Source: Nemertoderma westbladi
Lineage: Eukaryota; Animalia; Xenacoelomorpha
Reading direction: 5' to 3'
DNA: 44,698 bases
Assembly: GCA_032718475.1 (NCBI GenBank)
Contig: JAUCBJ010008616.1
Span: forward strand, 1-44,698
In this document: positions 10,294 through 24,198 of the stretch, one piece after another
Numbering within the stretch: position 1 is the stretch's first letter
How the letters are laid out: the number at the start of each line of letters is the position of its first letter
Program-made: the position numbers and the translations under genes
Notes under the pieces: model-generated
Seen by the model: only the letters and a program-made list of their open reading frames with translations
Told to the model about the DNA's origin: nothing
Databases searched by the model: none

Positions 10294-12168
10294 GTCCTGA
10301 ATTTTTATCTCGAGGGAAAAACCATTGGCCAGATCCATTGCCAGACTATAACCTACCTGCTGATGCAGAACTCGTGAAATGGAAAAATCGTCCTATGCGC
10401 TCTAAATTACTCGAGTACCAACCCGTCGGGAATCCAAATGATGCAAGGGAATTTAATATAACTGTTCAATATAATGATCAACTAGTATGTAACAACTTCA
10501 GTGGATATGTGGTAGATTGTCTGGAAAATGATCCAGAGGAAATAAAGCCACATGAGTGTAATTTCCCTGATATAACAGGTGGAGTTAGTGGCAAATATGA
10601 GCAGATGGTAGCCCGGACTAATTCAGCGCGGGCTTTAGCCAAACGTTTGGCAATACTCAAGCGCTTTTGTCATTTCTATCTGTGGTGTCGATTGAATTCA
10701 GGTAAATCTATTCCAAAACATTTCGGTGGTCCAATTTCACTCAATGAATTACATGCTACGCATCATCAAATAATCCGCTTATCACAAAAGGTCACTGATG
10801 TTAACCTTTATACAAAGCGACAACATGGCCAGACAATTAATAGTGAGCCTTTCCAAACCATAATGAGAGATGGACTTTTACGAATTAAGAGTAGGCTAAC
10901 ATTTGCACCTACTAGTGATGAGATGAAATACCCAATCTTGGTGCGAGATCATAGATTACAAGAACAAATGATTTGGGATACCCATATAGATTTATGTCAT
11001 GCTGGGCGTGACCATATCTTAAGTTATCTTAGAACGCAATATTATCTGATACATCCTTGGAAAACTATGAAGAATGTACTACAACAATGTTTGACATGCA
11101 AGAGATATAATGCCCCCTTAATGAAACAACAGATGTCTGACCTACCTTTAACTCGACTAGCTTCCTTTAAACCCGCTTTTTACAATAGTGGTATTGACAT
11201 GTTTGGCCCGATTGATGTGATGAGAGCTAGAACAATTGTCAAACGATGGGGCCTTATAATAACTTGTCTTACTACACGAGCAATCTGGTTGGATATTATG
11301 TTTACTGCAAACATGACTTCATTTACTCTTGCCCTACGCCGGTTTATTGCACATAGAGGAACACCAAAGAGTATTACCTCTGACAATGGTGGGAACTTCG
11401 TGGCAACAAGTAATGATATCAAGTTAAGCATCAAAGACTGGAATGAGGACATCATAAAGAAAGAACTTATGGATTACCATATCGAGTGGCTTGAATGGCA
11501 TTTCACACCGCCTCATGCGCCTTGGTACGGTGGTACTTATGAGCGTCTTATCAAGAGTGTAAAATTAGCCCTTAATAAAACACTACCTATACCTAGGACA
11601 TATCTTAATGATGAAGCTATCAGGACCTTCATGGCAGAAATTGAGCTAGTGTTAAACTCTCGACCTTTAACGAAAATGTCGGCATCACCTGAGTGCATTG
11701 AGGCTCTTACTCCTGCCCATTTTTTGCATCACAAACCTGGAATGATGTTGCCAATATCAACTCTGGAAGACTGTGATTTGTACTCTCAAAAAATGTGGAA
11801 GGTTCTTCAGCTAATGACTAACACATTCTGGAACATTTGGTTACTCTATTATCTTCCAAGTCAAACCCTACGTACCAAGTGGTTTGAGAAGACTGACAAC
11901 TTACACATTGGAGATATAGTACTTCTTCATGATGAGATGAGACCACGCAAATCGTGGTTAATAGGACGCATAACAAACAACGTACAATAGTGATGATGGA
12001 TTGATTCGGAATGTTTCATTAATCACAAAGACTGGCAAGAAATTAGATCGACCAATACAGCGCTTATGTCTCCTTGAACAAGATAGTGAACGTATTGGTT
12101 CGTATGGTAAATGGCCAGTGAATCATAATGATAGTTCTGAATCTGACCTCGAATTCCTCAAGAATTAG
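10294..12168 (+). pseudogene. pol: RNase H tail plus integrase of element 1, with a frameshift near 11975
   Basis: HHCC motif (HIDLCHAG...CLTC) and DDE motifs GIDMFGP, SDNGGNF, GTYERLIKS. After the ORF stop at 11990 another frame continues DDGLIRNVSLITKTGKKLDRPIQRLCLLE...KN* to 12168. Confidence 0.93.
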
Positions 12169-12460
12169 CGATGATATATCGATCAATACTGTATGTAATG
12201 TAACATAATAATGTAATGTGGATATAATCCAATATATATATATTATATATATCAAACTAATGTATCAATAATTGAGAATACCAGTACTTAATTGTTATCT
12301 CTGTTTAACCTTGTTATATTTACTGCCAATTTACAGTACGTGTAATGTTCACCCTAGACTATATATTTTTATAATTGAATTCTAGAATTGAAATAATTAC
12401 ATATATACATATGAAGGACCTGCCTGGATTTAACTGAACTTTACAATTCTAGCAATGGTT

Positions 12461-12565
12461 TAAAAAAAAATAAATAAAAATAAAAAAAAAAAATAAAAAA
12501 AAAATAATAATAAAAATAATAAATAATTAAAAAAAAATTATGAATAAAAAATAATAAGAAAAATT
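12461..12565 (+). repeat. A-rich low-complexity tract in the 3' internal region
   Basis: About 100 bp of A runs broken by T. Confidence 0.85.
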
Positions 12566-13635
12566 TTCGATATAAGATTTTTAGAAAATGAGACTTGAAT
12601 AGCTAGCCTATTAAGCTTAAGGCGATGAATTTAACAAAATATTAAAGTCGAGCTATACATTAGTGTCATACGATCTATCTTAGAGTTAATTAGAATCAAT
12701 CAATTAAGTAAAATAAAGAAAAGGAGAAAGGTTGTCATTAAGCTGTTTGTGAAGGATGAAGGTCAACTTGGTCTTGAAGATGTGACGGTTTAGGAGTATC
12801 TCAATGGGAAATTGAAACCGACTAAGTCAAGTCACAACTAAATGCAAACAACCCTTTGCTCAATATGATAATAGATATTAGCAGTACACCAAATGAGTCT
12901 CGTGGTAATCGTCGCATGGTAATGTACGTAAGTCGTGGTAACGACCGAGAGTCAATGGCAAACGTTCAACTTTCACCCAACAGAATGCCGAAGGTCATTT
13001 ATTTCAAAGGTTAACCTTAAAAACCCGATAATTGATAGTCCAATTTACAATGAGAAGCTATTGATGAAATGGACGGATACACTTGAATGAATCTATTTAT
13101 CTAGTTTATTTGTCTTAATATAGTATGATATCTTATGGAACATAACGATGACTATAATTTGTTTAATATTTGTAATTTTATTATAACTACATTACGAATA
13201 GATTCACTTAGTACCTACCAAGGTAATATGTAATATATATAAGCACTATTAGATCACTGTTGTACGAGAGTTTGAAATAAAACTGATAAAATGAACTTTT
13301 TCGTATTGATTTTGCATAATTTGTTCAGTGCAATTTGTGAGAACGTTCATGAGTCACTATGTTTTCAAAGCATCGCTCATGACCAATATGTTAAACAAAC
13401 ACTATACATTGAATTATTTTAGAGATACGTTTTGATATTTGGTATCTAATTTTTGGTATTGAATTTGTGCAATTTAGTCATTACAATGCGATTTGTGAGA
13501 GAACGTTTATGACTTCTATATTTTGAAAGTGTTACTCATGACTAATATGTTAAACAGATCCTATCCATTGCATTATATAGTTTATGTTTAGATACGGTAT
13601 CCTATATTGTATTTAAATTTAGTTAATCCTAAATT

Positions 13636-13644
13636 TGGGAGCGG
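13636..13644 (+). promoter_or_regulatory. Polypurine-tract position of element 1
   Basis: TGGGAGCGG directly before the 3' LTR; the same 9-mer precedes the 3' LTR of element 2. Confidence 0.8.
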
Positions 13645-14341
13645 TGTAAAGATCTACCGTCTCTAGGACACTTTATTTGTGAATGATACAGCCCTTAGGT
13701 CCAGTCGGACAGATTAAGTGATTATTAAAACCAGTGTTATCAGGGTCAGCATATATATGTATGTATCAACCTTATTCAGTTATTGCATACCGGTACCTCA
13801 ATGTACTTATAACGCCTGATAACGGATTTACTGGGGAGTTAGACCTGGAGGGACTTTTTACTTCTAACACATATGTTCAACTGCATGTATCGTACATTTG
13901 TTGATTGTTATCTGACTCGTTTGTAGCCCTTTATCTGCTTCTGGGTTGTCTGGTTGTGCATCGTTGGTTCCTTTATGATTACCGGTGCCGATTATCGTTA
14001 AACCACCTCTATAAGAATAAAGTCAAATGGTTTCATATCTACCGTTTTGCCTTCTTTGCCTGAATGTCTGAAGGGCAGAGTCGTCCGATGTCCTAACAAA
14101 CAGCTTTTAGGCAACCATTAACATTTGTTATACATGCGGATCCAGATAAGCGATCGTATAATATAGATGTATATTTGTATATCTAAGAGAATAGAGGCAT
14201 AAATTAGTTAAGATAACCGTGCTTATGAGTAGCCCATCAATCCAGGATTTCAAGTTGCAGGTGATGTTCTAACCCCCTTTTTATAACACTAGATTATATA
14301 TAAGTCTCGCCTTCTATAAATCTTGTGAACCGACTGCAACA
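13645..14341 (+). repeat. 3' LTR of element 1 (697 bp)
   Basis: Direct repeat of 1-689 with TG...CA ends. Confidence 0.96.
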
Positions 14342-14576
14342 TTAATAACGGGTTAACCCGTAGCCTACTTCAAATCAAGATAGTCCACCATCTTACACTA
14401 ACTCTATCAGAAAGGATGAGGGCCATATGTAGGCCTAGGCCTACTATGCAATAAAGTACTGATTGTTGAACTGGTATGTAAATAAAGTTGCATATTATGG
14501 TAATGATTACTATATAGCCATGCATACATTATTTTCATAAATAATGTACGAATGTTTGTATAAGTTGGGCCTATAG

Positions 14577-17500
14577 GCCCACTCGTAAATGTGATTTTTG
14601 TATAAGTATATTGTTTCATAGTGTTTTACATGCCCACTCGTGTTTTATACCGTAATTGTTATTTTTGTATAAGTATATTGTTTCATAGAGTTTTACATGC
14701 CCACTCGTGTTTCATACCGTAACTGTGATTTTTGTATAAGTATATTGTTTCATAGTGTTTTACATGCCCACTCGTGTTTTATACCGTAACTGTGATTTTT
14801 GTATAAGTATATTGTTTCATAGTGTTTTACATGCCCACTCGTGTTTTATACCGTAATTGTTATTTTTGTATAAGTACAGTATATTGTTTCATAGTGTTTT
14901 ACATGCCCACTCGTGTTTTATACCGTAACTGTGATTTTTGTATAAGTATATTGTTTCATAGTGTTTTACATGCCCACTCGTGTTTTATACCGTAATTGTT
15001 ATTTTTGTATAAGTATATTGTTTCATAGTGTTTTACATGCCCACTCGTGTTTTATACCGTAATTGTTATTTTTGTATAAGTATATTGTTTCATAGTGTTT
15101 TACATGCCCACTCGTGTTTTATACCGTAACTGTGATTTTTGTATAAGTATATTGTTTCATAGTGTTTTACATGCCCACTCGTGTTTTATACCGTAACTGT
15201 GATTTTTGTATAAGTATATTGTTTCATAGTGTTTTACATGCCCACTCGTGTTTTATACCGTAATTGTTATTTTTGTATAAGTACATTGTTTCATAGTGTT
15301 TTACATGCCCACTCGTGTTTTATACCGTAACTGTGATTTTTGTATAAGTATATTGTTTCATAGTGTTTTACATGCCCACTCGTGTTTTATACCGTAATTG
15401 TTATTTTTGTATAAGTATATTGTTTCATAGTGTTTTACATGCCCACTCGTGTTTTATACCGTAACTGTGATTTTTGTATAAGTATATTGTTTCATAGTGT
15501 TTTACATGCCCACTCGTGTTTTATACCGTAATTGTTATTTTTGTATAAGTATATTGTTTCATAGTGTTTTACATGCCCACTCGTGTTTTATACCGTAACT
15601 GTGATTTTTGTATAAGTATATTGTTTCATAGTGTTTTACATGCCCACTCGTGTTTTATACCGTAATTGTTATTTTTGTTTAAGTATATTGTTTCATAGTG
15701 TTTTACATGCCCACTCGTGTTTTATACCGTAATTGTTATTTTTGTATAAGTATATTGTTTCATAGTGTTTTACATGCCCACTCGTGTTTTATACCGTAAT
15801 TGTTATTTTTGTTTAAGTATATTGTTTCATAGTGTTTTACATGCCCACTCGTGTTTTATACCGTAATTGTTATTTTTGTATAAGTATATTGTTTCATAGT
15901 GTTTTACATGCCCACTCGTGTTTTATACCGTAATTGTTATTTTTGTTTAAGTATATTGTTTCATAGTGTTTTACATGCCCACTCGTGTTTTATACCGTAA
16001 CTGTGATTTTTGTAAAAGTATATTGTTTCATAGTGTTTTACATGCCCACTCGTGTTTTATACCGTAATTGTTATTTTTGTATAAGTATATTGTTTCATAG
16101 TGTTTTACATGCCCACTCGTGTTTTATACCGTAACTGTGATTTTTGTATAAGTATATTGTTTCATAGTGTTTTACATGCCCACTCGTGTTTTATACCGTA
16201 ATTGTTATTTTTGTTTAAGTATATTGTTTCATAGTGTTTTACATGCCCACTCGTGTTTTATACCGTAACTGTGATTTTTGTAAAAGTATATTGTTTCATA
16301 GTGTTTTACATGCCCACTCGTGTTTTATACCGTAACTGTGATTTTTGTAAAAGTATATTGTTTCATAGTGTTTTACATGCCCACTCGTGTTTTATACCGT
16401 AATTGTTATTTTTGTATAAGTATATTGTTTCATAGTGTTTTACATGCCCACTCGTGTTTTATACCGTAACTGTGATTTTTGTATAAGTATATTGTTTCAT
16501 AGTGTTTTACATGCCCACTCGTGTTTTATACCGTAATTGTTATTTTTGTTTAAGTATATTGTTTCATAGTGTTTTACATGCCCACTCGTGTTTTATACCG
16601 TAATTGTTATTTTTGTATAAGTATATTGTTTCATAGTGTTTTACATGCCCACTCGTGTTTTATACCGTAATTGTTATTTTTGTTTAAGTATATTGTTTCA
16701 TAGTGTTTTACATGCCCACTCGTGTTTTATACCGTAATTGTTATTTTTGTATAAGTATATTGTTTCATAGTGTTTTACATGCCCACTCGTGTTTTATACC
16801 GTAATTGTTATTTTTGTTTAAGTATATTGTTTCATAGTGTTTTACATGCCCACTCGTGTTTTATACCGTAATTGTTATTTTTGTATAAGTATATTGTTTC
16901 ATAGTGTTTTACATGCCCACTCGTGTTTTATACCGTAATTGTTATTTTTGTTTAAGTATATTGTTTCATAGTGTTTTACATGCCCACTCGTGTTTTATAC
17001 CGTAATTGCTATTTTTGTATAAGTATATTGTTTCATAGTGTTTTACATGCCCACTCGTGTTTTATACCGTAATTGCTATTTTTGTATAAGTATATTGTTT
17101 CATAGTGTTTTACATGCCCACTCGTGTTTTATACCGTAATTGCTATTTTTGTATAAGTATATTGTTTCATAGTGTTTTACATGCCCACTCGTGTTTTATA
17201 CCGTAATTGTTATTTTTGTTTAAGTATATTGTTTCATAGTGTTTTACATGCCCACTCGTGTTTTATACCGTAATTGCTATTTTTGTATAAGTATATTGTT
17301 TCATAGTGTTTTACATGCCCACTCGTGTTTTATACCGTAATTGCTATTTTTGTATAAGTATATTGTTTCATAGTGTTTTACATGCCCACTCGTGTTTTAT
17401 ACCGTAATTGTTATTTTTGTATAACTATATTGTTTCATAGTGTTTTACATGCCCACTCGTGTTTTATACCGTAATTGTTATTTTTGTATAAGTATATTGT

Positions 17501-20420
17501 TTCATAGTGTTTTACATGCCCACTCGTGTTTTATACGATAACTGTTATTTTTGTATAAGTATATTGTTTCATAGTGTTTTACATGCCCACTCGTGTTTTA
17601 TACCGTAATTGTTATTTTTGTATAAGTATAATTGTTTCATAGTGTTTTACATGCCCACTCGTGTTTTATACGATAACTGTTATTTTTGTATAAGTATATT
17701 GTTTCATAGTGTCTTACATGCCCACTCGTGTTTTATACCGTAATTGTTTTTTTTGTATAAGTATATTGTTTCATAGTGTTTTACATGCCCACTCGTGTTT
17801 TATACCGTAATTGTTATTTTTGTATAAGTATATTGTTTCATAGTGTTTTACATGCCCACTCGTGTTTTATACCGTAACTGTGATTTTTGTATAAGTATAT
17901 TGTTTCATAGTGTTTTACATGCCCACTCGTGTTTTATACCGTAACTGTGATTTTTGTATAAGTATATTGTTTCATAGTGTTTTACATGCCCACTCGTGTT
18001 TTATACCGTAATTGTTATTTTTGTATAAGTACATTGTTTCATAGTGTTTTACATGCCCACTCGTGTTTTATACCGTAACTGTTATTTTTGTATAAGTATA
18101 TTGTTTCATAGTGTTTTACATGCCCACTCGTGTTTTATACCGTAACTGTGATTTTTGTATAAGTATATTGTTTCATAGTGTTTTACATGCCCACTCGTGT
18201 TTTATACCGTAACTGTGATTTTTGTATAAGTATATTGTTTCATAGTGTTTTACATGCCCACTCGTGTTTTATACCGTAACTGTGATTTTTGTATAAGTAT
18301 ATTGTTTCATAGTGTTTTACATGCCCACTCGTGTTTTATACCGTAACTGTGATTTTTGTATAAGTATATTGTTTCATAGTGTTTTACATGCCCACTCGTG
18401 TTTTATACCGTAACTGTGATTTTTGTATAAGTATATTGTTTCATAGTGTTTTACATGCCCACTCGTGTTTTATACCGTAACTGTGATTTTTGTATAACTA
18501 TATTGTTTCATAGTGTTTTACATGCCCACTCGTGTTTTATACCGTAACTGTGATTTTTGTATAACTATATTGTTTCATAGTGTTTTACATGCCCACTCGT
18601 GTTTTATACCGTAACTGTGATTTTTGTATAAGTATATTGTTTCATAGTGTTTTACATGCCCACTCGTGTTTTATACCGTAATTGTTATTTTTGTATAAGT
18701 ATATTGTTTCATAGTGTTTTACATGCCCACTCGTGTTTTATACCGTAATTGTGATTTTTGTATAAGTATATTGTTTCATAGTGTTTTACATACCCACTCG
18801 TGTTTTATAAAGTAACTGTGATTTTTGTATAAGTATATTGTTTCATAGTGTTTTACATGCCCACTCGTGTTTTATACCGTAACTGTGATTTTTGTATAAC
18901 TATATTGTTTCATAGTGTTTTACATGCCCACTCGTGTTTTATACCGTAACTGTGATTTTTGTATAAGTATATTGTTTCATAGTGTTTTACATGCCCGCCC
19001 ACTCGTAACTGTGATTTTTGTATAAGTATATTGTTTCATAGTGTTTTACATGCCCACTCGTGTTTTATACCGTAATTGTTATTTTTGTATAAGTATATTG
19101 TTTCATAGTGTTTTACATGCCCACTCGTGTTTTATACCGTAATTGTTATTTTTGTATAAGTATATTGTTTCATAGTGTTTTACATACCCACTCGTGTTTT
19201 ATAAAGTAACTGTGATTTTTGTATAAGTATATTGTTTCATAGTGTTTTACATGCCCACTCGTGTTTTATACCGTAACTGTGATTTTTGTATAACTATATT
19301 GTTTCATAGTGTTTTACATGCCCACTCGTGTTTTATACCGTAATTGTTATTTTTGTATAAGTATATTGTTTCATAGTGTTTTACATGCCCACTCGTGTTT
19401 TATACCGTAATTGTTATTTTTGTATAAGTATATTGTTTCATAGTGTTTTACATACCCACTCGTGTTTTATAAAGTAACTGTGATTTTTGTATAAGTATAT
19501 TGTTTCATAGTGTTTTACATGCCCACTCGTGTTTTATACCGTAACTGTGATTTTTGTATAACTATATTGTTTCATAGTGTTTTACATGCCCACTCGTGTT
19601 TTATACCGTAATTGTTATTTTTGTATAAGTATATTGTTTCATAGTGTTTTACATGCCCACTCGTGTTTTATACCGTAATTGTTATTTTTGTATAAGTATA
19701 TTGTTTCATAGTGTTTTACATACCCACTCGTGTTTTATAAAGTAACTGTGATTTTTGTATAAGTATATTGTTTCATAGTGTTTTACATGCCCACTCGTGT
19801 TTTATACCGTAACTGTGATTTTTGTATAACTATATTGTTTCATAGTGTTTTACATGCCCACTCGTGTTTTATACCGTAATTGTTATTTTTGTATAAGTAT
19901 ATTGTTTCATAGTGTTTTACATGCCCACTCGTGTTTTATACCGTAATTGTTATTTTTGTATAAGTATATTGTTTCATAGTGTTTTACATGCCCACTCGTG
20001 TTTTATACCGTAACTGTGATTTTTGTATAACTATATTGTTTCATAGTGTTTTACATGCCCACTCGTGTTTTATACCGTAATTGTTATTTTTGTATAAGTA
20101 TATTGTTTCATAGTGTTTTACATGCCCGCCCACTCGTAACTGTGATTTTTGTATAAGTATATTGTTTCATAGTGTTTTACATGCCCACTCGTGTTTTATA
20201 CCGTAATTGTTATTTTTGTTTAAGTATATTGTTTCATAGTGTTTTACATGCCCACTCGTGTTTTATACCGTAATTGTTATTTTTGTATAAGTATATTGTT
20301 TCATAGTGTTTTACATGCCCACTCGTGTTTTATACCGTAATTGTTATTTTTGTTTAAGTATATTGTTTCATAGTGTTTTACATGCCCACTCGTGTTTTAT
20401 ACCGTAATTGTTATTTTTGC
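14577..20420. repeat. 67-bp tandem satellite, about 87 copies
   Basis: Unit GCCCACTCGTGTTTTATACCGTAA(C/T)TGT(G/T)ATTTTTGTATAAGTATATTGTTTCATAGTGTTTTACAT; unit starts at 14632 and 14699 give the 67-bp period. No unique spacers. Confidence 0.98.
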
Positions 20421-20823
20421 AGACTCGATATGTCCTTCTCCTCTGTCGTATTTCCCTTTGATTCCGCGAAACACGAGATCCCGAGTTCGGGGAATACTCT
20501 AAGCTCCGAGATGAGGCAGCAGTCAGCCTGAACTTTACAAAACGATGAATATTTTAATTACTGTCAGTATGACAATTATTTAATATACAGAATTAACAAT
20601 TATTGAATGTTTATTTATTAATGTTCTAATAATTATTATTAAAAATTTACCTTGCGAAATATCAGTTTTTATATATGTCCACACACGTTGATACAGTATA
20701 GGCCTACTATAATCCCTAAGAAGTCTACATTTGTCCGTTGGGGTCAAGGGATTTGAGTAGGCCTAGTGTTTTGTGGTGATTTACTGTTGAATTAACTCAA
20801 CAAACTGGCAACTACTGTATCGG

Positions 20824-20940
20824 CAGAGGCGTAGGGAGCTCTTCTGGCGCCCGGGGAAATGAAGCTGAGATAACCCCCCCCACCCCCCCCCCCACCCTTC
20901 AATAATTTTAACTTTTCATTTATGACGGTTTTTTTAATAT
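20824..20940 (+). mobile_element. Left-end fragment of the MITE family found complete at 37705-38109
   Basis: CAGAGGCGTAG...CTGGCGCCCGGGGAA..AAGCTGAGATA-polyC-TTCAATAATTTTAACTTTT matches 37705-37815. Confidence 0.8.
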
Positions 20941-22558
20941 AATATAATATAACAGTACAGAATATAATATTATAACAAAACGTCTGGTCTAAAAAAGTTT
21001 AGTAACAGTATACTGTATAACAAGTATCAATCACTTGACGTTCTATTTATTAACTATTTTATTTTTTTCCTAAGTCAGCATTTGCAACTAATATTACATA
21101 TTGTGTTTGTTTATTGAATTTTAAGCTATTTATCACCATATACGCTAAGACGTAGTTGTTGTTTGATTGAGCTACATCAATGAGTGTTTTTTTTAACGAA
21201 GAAAATTATTATTTTAAAGAATTTTGAATACAGGTTTACATGTTTGACGAAAATATTCTGTTTCATCCATAAATGAACATATATGGGGAGTTTTCGATTA
21301 TTCGTTTGGTAAACATAATTCAATTATGCAAGTTGTTATCTTGGTGATATTATTCAGCATGGAAATGTAGTAACAGCATGGAGTGAATGATGCTCTGGTG
21401 CAAAGATATTAGCTTGAATAAACTGTATTCATTCATTATTGATACTAACAATGTGTTGGCAAGCGGTATTTTTCGAGGTATTTGTTATTATACATTTATT
21501 ACATAGGAAGGATACATACACCAACGGGCTAAAATGTTCATTACGGGGGTTTTCGGGGTCGCCGATTTCATTTCCGATGTCAGTTTTAATTTCAGTATTT
21601 CTTACAATTTGACGGACAGATCGTCATACGGAAAAACAGTGATAACTCGAGAACTGAAAGAGGTCTCACTAAGCGGTTTTCAGATTTGTAATCCTCATTA
21701 AATTCTGCTCTAGGTGAAATAAAGAAACAACAATTTGAAAATAGGAAGGAGGAATAATATATAGGAATAATAATAACGAACCTGTCTTTAGACTGGGTAG
21801 TTTTTGTCTAAAGCTGAGGCCGGCAAAAACACGATGGATATATATATTTACCTATATCACTATATATATATGTCACTATATCACTCACTATGTATGTTCA
21901 CCAAATGGCTTGAAACCACTTGCATGCATTGTAAAATTGTAAACGCAAGTATTTATCAATTGTTGTCTAGTTGTTGAATAAAAAAGTTGGGAACGATTCG
22001 AAGTGCGATATTCGAAATATTTGCATATTTTCAACATTATTGAACGCGAAATTAAATACCCACAACTCCCTTGCTTGAAATGTTTTTCAGGTGATTGATA
22101 TTTAGCAATTATTATGAGGTTACTTACTACTGAAATCTGACAGAATGCCAAACGTATTATTATAGTTCTATCTCTATTCAGCCAGTTAGTGTAATGTCAA
22201 GCAGTACATCATTTATATATCGTATGTATCTATAGGGCCTAATTGTCATCGTTATAATACTGTCATCAACTTAGGCTAAGCTCAATTGTAATGCAAAGGC
22301 TTAGTAGGTTTTGTATATCTGGGACGTTTACAACAGCTGTCGATTAAACTAACAAAACCATAAAACTGAACCAGGGTGGCTGCCAGCCGGGTACCAACGG
22401 CTGTTGGGTAGACTTAAGGGAACATTTCACAAACTTTCATAGGATGCTTGTACATGTACATTATATTGGTTGCTCCGATGTTTTTATTAGGCTAACTGAG
22501 AATGTATCAGGTATAAATACTGTAATTATAGTGTTCTTTATTTTATTTATCTAATACA

Positions 22559-22807
22559 GAAAAGACCCCTCCGCAGAATAAACTGCTCTTTTGGGCCGTT
22601 TCTCAGGTTGCGGATATGGATACCATTTCACACATCATCGTAGTAATTGTGATTATGATTTGTTTGCCTAGGCGAATGTGTATTACATTAGATGGGAGGC
22701 AGTTTTTTGGTTGATGCAAGTCATTCTTGGTTTGCATCTTCCAATCCCCATCTGTTTCTTGGAGTCTGTGTAAGACAGGTTCGTTTAAAGCCATCTTGAT
22801 GGCGTTC
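22559..22807 (-). pseudogene. Possible degenerate exon of unknown gene
   Basis: Pyrimidine tract plus TAG acceptor on the minus strand near 22808-22840, then coding-like NAIKMALNEPVLHRLQETDG... with a stop or frameshift, and GT near 22558. No recognisable domain. Confidence 0.25.
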
Positions 22808-24198
22808 TAGTATATAAAAGGAGGAATAGGAAGGAATATATCTCAATAAAATGTGAACACTTAATCTTTTGATTGACTATATATTACAGTAGACCTAGTT
22901 TCATGACTACATGACTATCATTATCATTTAGTGTGATGGCCCTTTAAAAATATAATTACTGTATTTCAATCCCTTATTAAAATGTAACTCTTTATTTTGT
23001 CAAATTATTGTCTGTGTGTACATCCGTACAAGAAACAATGTGTGCGGAGCGAGCAGAAATTTTTGTTAAATTTTGAACAGCTTTTGAACCAGTCAAAATT
23101 CTACCACGAAGTGTTTATATTATGATTTAATATCATCATATTGTCCCACCCTTCCTTGGGGCCCCTAAAGTTCGGGGGTCCCAAGGCTCAGCCTTGTTAG
23201 CCTATTGGTTAATCCTGCCCTGATCCAATGCAAAGCTTTTGTCATGTAAAAACACCAGCGGGTCTTAATTGACCGGAATTATTAAATTATTATTAAAAAA
23301 ACACTCTTTGTTGACACTGAACCCAGGTAAATCTCTATAATTTAGCACCATCCATTGAGAATCTGGACAATCGTGTTTAGACCCGTGTGTTCCGCCTTAC
23401 ATCCTAAGCCATTAAATAATAACCGTATGGCGATATTTCTAACTAATAATTCAAGTGAAGTATTTAATAATATCATGATTGAGTATTGTCCTAAATGTAA
23501 TATTATAAAGTAAAATTACGTTTCCCATAAAGGGAAACACAATTCCGAAATAAGAAGCCCTTAAGTAAATGATCAGTCAGTCGTTAATCTTAATTAATTG
23601 TGCCGCCACATGCTCACGGGACTGTTTACACAGTGAATTACATAAGTGATCAATTATTTATCGTCAGGAAATAAGCAGATTTATGAGCGAATCAAGAATG
23701 GGAGGGAAAAAAGGGGATATAAGATCGGTACATTCAGAGGTCCTTCATTTTGGAGGTCTACTAGCGCCATCACGTTTGTCTGTGCTAGACCGGCGATTTC
23801 AATACATGACACTGGATTTGTAATAACGATTTATAACCTGATAACCTAGAGATAACCATTTTCGATCAAATGCGCTACCATACTGTACATAAATTCTTAA
23901 AAATTCTTAAGATTCCTAAAAACAGTTGTTCACAAGATAGAAAGTATTGTAGACCAGAGTGACCGTGAAGGCGTGTAAAGTGACAGTGGCTCACAAATAT
24001 TCGGGTGCTGTTCCAAATATATTAAGCCAACAATTCTGTACAAATTGGTGCTTTTTATTTGGATATTCCGTTTTACTTATTTTTCATACAATAAATGTTT
24101 TTTTCCAAACGGTTCACTTCACTGTTTTTCTGTTAATTAAATTCAGTATTTTTGTATGGTTGCATTCTAACTTCGTATTTGTGTTTCATAGAAAATGT

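Larger units (their letters stand above)
1..14341 (+). mobile_element. BEL/Pao LTR retrotransposon, element 1 (full-length outline, defective)
   Basis: Near-identical TG...CA direct repeats at 1-689 and 13645-14341 flank gag (three CCHC-type knuckles), protease, RT, RNase H and integrase with Pao-type motifs. The left target duplication lies outside the window. Confidence 0.97.

Noticed and set aside
14577-20420. CRISPR array
   Set aside because: Units are contiguous near-identical 67-mers without unique spacers, there are no cas genes, and the context is eukaryotic.
20421-20560. Exon after the satellite (TTTTTGCAG acceptor-like end)
   Set aside because: Short frames ending in stops, with no donor site or recognisable peptide.
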